DNA from: Bdellovibrionales bacterium
Lineage (GTDB): Bacteria; Bdellovibrionota; Bdellovibrionia; Bdellovibrionales; UBA1609
Direction of reading: 5' to 3'
Length of the DNA stretch: 64,000 bases
NCBI GenBank assembly: GCA_020628165.1
Contig: JAHDFM010000011.1
Coordinates: 18,969-82,968 of the forward strand
The position numbers and the translations under genes were made by a program. The notes below the pieces were generated by a model, which saw only the letters and a list, made by a program, of their open reading frames with translations, ran no database searches and was not told the origin of the DNA. Numbering within the stretch: position 1 is the stretch's first letter; every line of letters starts with the position of its first letter. Below, piece by piece: positions 63,480 through 64,000 of this stretch.

Positions 63480-64000
63480 TCCCATTTATCTTTTATTTCT
63501 TTTTGTATTTGCGATCTCTTCGTGTTCATTCGACACGGACGATGGAGCGTCGAAAGAAGAGATGACTGTTGAGTCAACAGTGACCTCATCACTGGCTTGT
63601 ATTAATGACAGCATCGTGCCTTTTTTTGAATTAGACAGTGAAGAAAGAACGCAGTTTCACACAGATAAAATGTTTGATTGTATCGATCATGCAATTAATA
63701 TTGTTGATAAGCATGTCAACGTCGAAAGTAAAAAAGCAATTTCTGTGTCTGACATTAAGCGCTTGGTGCAAGGACGTGTCGATAACTACACGGATACTGT
63801 TGACACCTTCATTGATCTTTACTTTTCCTTAAGTCATATCATTTTACGTGGCACAAAAGATATGGTCACACACGATGAGCTAAAGAAATCTCGCAAAGTA
63901 TTGAAGGAGTTAAACCCAGTTTATGCTTTACTTCAATCAAGCTTTAACAAGATCAATGCTTCTAAAGAAGGTGGGGAGTCTTCAGACTTATCACCTCTAA
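63469..64000 (+). CDS. Lipoprotein, 5' part only (runs off the window) (cassette 2)
   Basis: Not in the ORF track because it has no stop. ATG 63469 overlaps the barrel stop by 11 nt. It reads MLFNPIYLLFLFVFAISSC|SFDTDDG.. and stays open to nt 64000. Confidence 0.5.
   Translation, partial: MLFNPIYLLFLFVFAISSCSFDTDDGASKEEMTVESTVTSSLACINDSIVPFFELDSEERTQFHTDKMFDCIDHAINIVDKHVNVESKKAISVSDIKRLVQGRVDNYTDTVDTFIDLYFSLSHIILRGTKDMVTHDELKKSRKVLKELNPVYALLQSSFNKINASKEGGESSDLSPL

Noticed and set aside
1-64000. CRISPR arrays, tRNA/rRNA genes, IS elements, integrases, phage genes and toxin-antitoxin or restriction-type defence genes
   Set aside because: Looking through all intergenic regions and the ORF list, I found no regularly spaced direct repeats, no cloverleaf-like GC-rich segments and no transposase, recombinase, nuclease or methylase motifs. 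The EPS locus therefore shows no obvious mobility hallmarks within this window.

Overview
AT-rich chromosomal window from a diderm bacterium, judged from lgt, many lipobox signal peptides and outer-membrane beta-barrel-like ORFs. The abundance of very large secreted proteins resembles Bdellovibrio-like or Bacteriovoracaceae predators, but that is only an impression.

Layout:
- 0.6-21.5 kb: an accessory exopolysaccharide (EPS) locus. It opens with an unusual fused partner-switching protein (RsbW-like kinase + degenerate receiver + PP2C phosphatase) and its STAS partner. It then carries a PelF-like and a possible PelG-like gene, three further GT4 glycosyltransferases, a phosphodiester-glycosidase (NAGPA/DUF2233-like) protein, an HD-GYP protein with a Cys-rich tail, a GlmU-N-terminal-type nucleotidyltransferase, a receiver/PilZ-like protein, a TPR + beta-barrel protein, an SDR epimerase and three uncharacterised polytopic membrane proteins.
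- 21.8-57.2 kb: mostly housekeeping genes (sucA-sucB-lpdA, an MscS-family channel, folE2, fur-uvrA, hemB, maf, lgt, nrdAB), interspersed with secreted lipoproteins (LamG-rich 1099 aa, beta-helix 546 aa, a 1343-aa protein), a second HD-GYP protein and a CHAD-like protein.
- 58.2-64.0 kb: two tandem paralogous cassettes, each an OM beta-barrel plus a large lipoprotein.

Two non-coding repeat families stand out:
- A ~115-nt hairpin element in two copies (21.7 kb and 57.7 kb). Its apical core is nearly identical between copies, while the 25-bp basal stems differ at 10 positions that are all compensated.
- A short dispersed GTCAYCC...GCGAAGCGAAGGAC repeat at four gene 3' ends.

I recognised no rRNA, tRNA, CRISPR array, transposase or integrase. 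All domain calls come from motif recognition by eye, and no database search was run.
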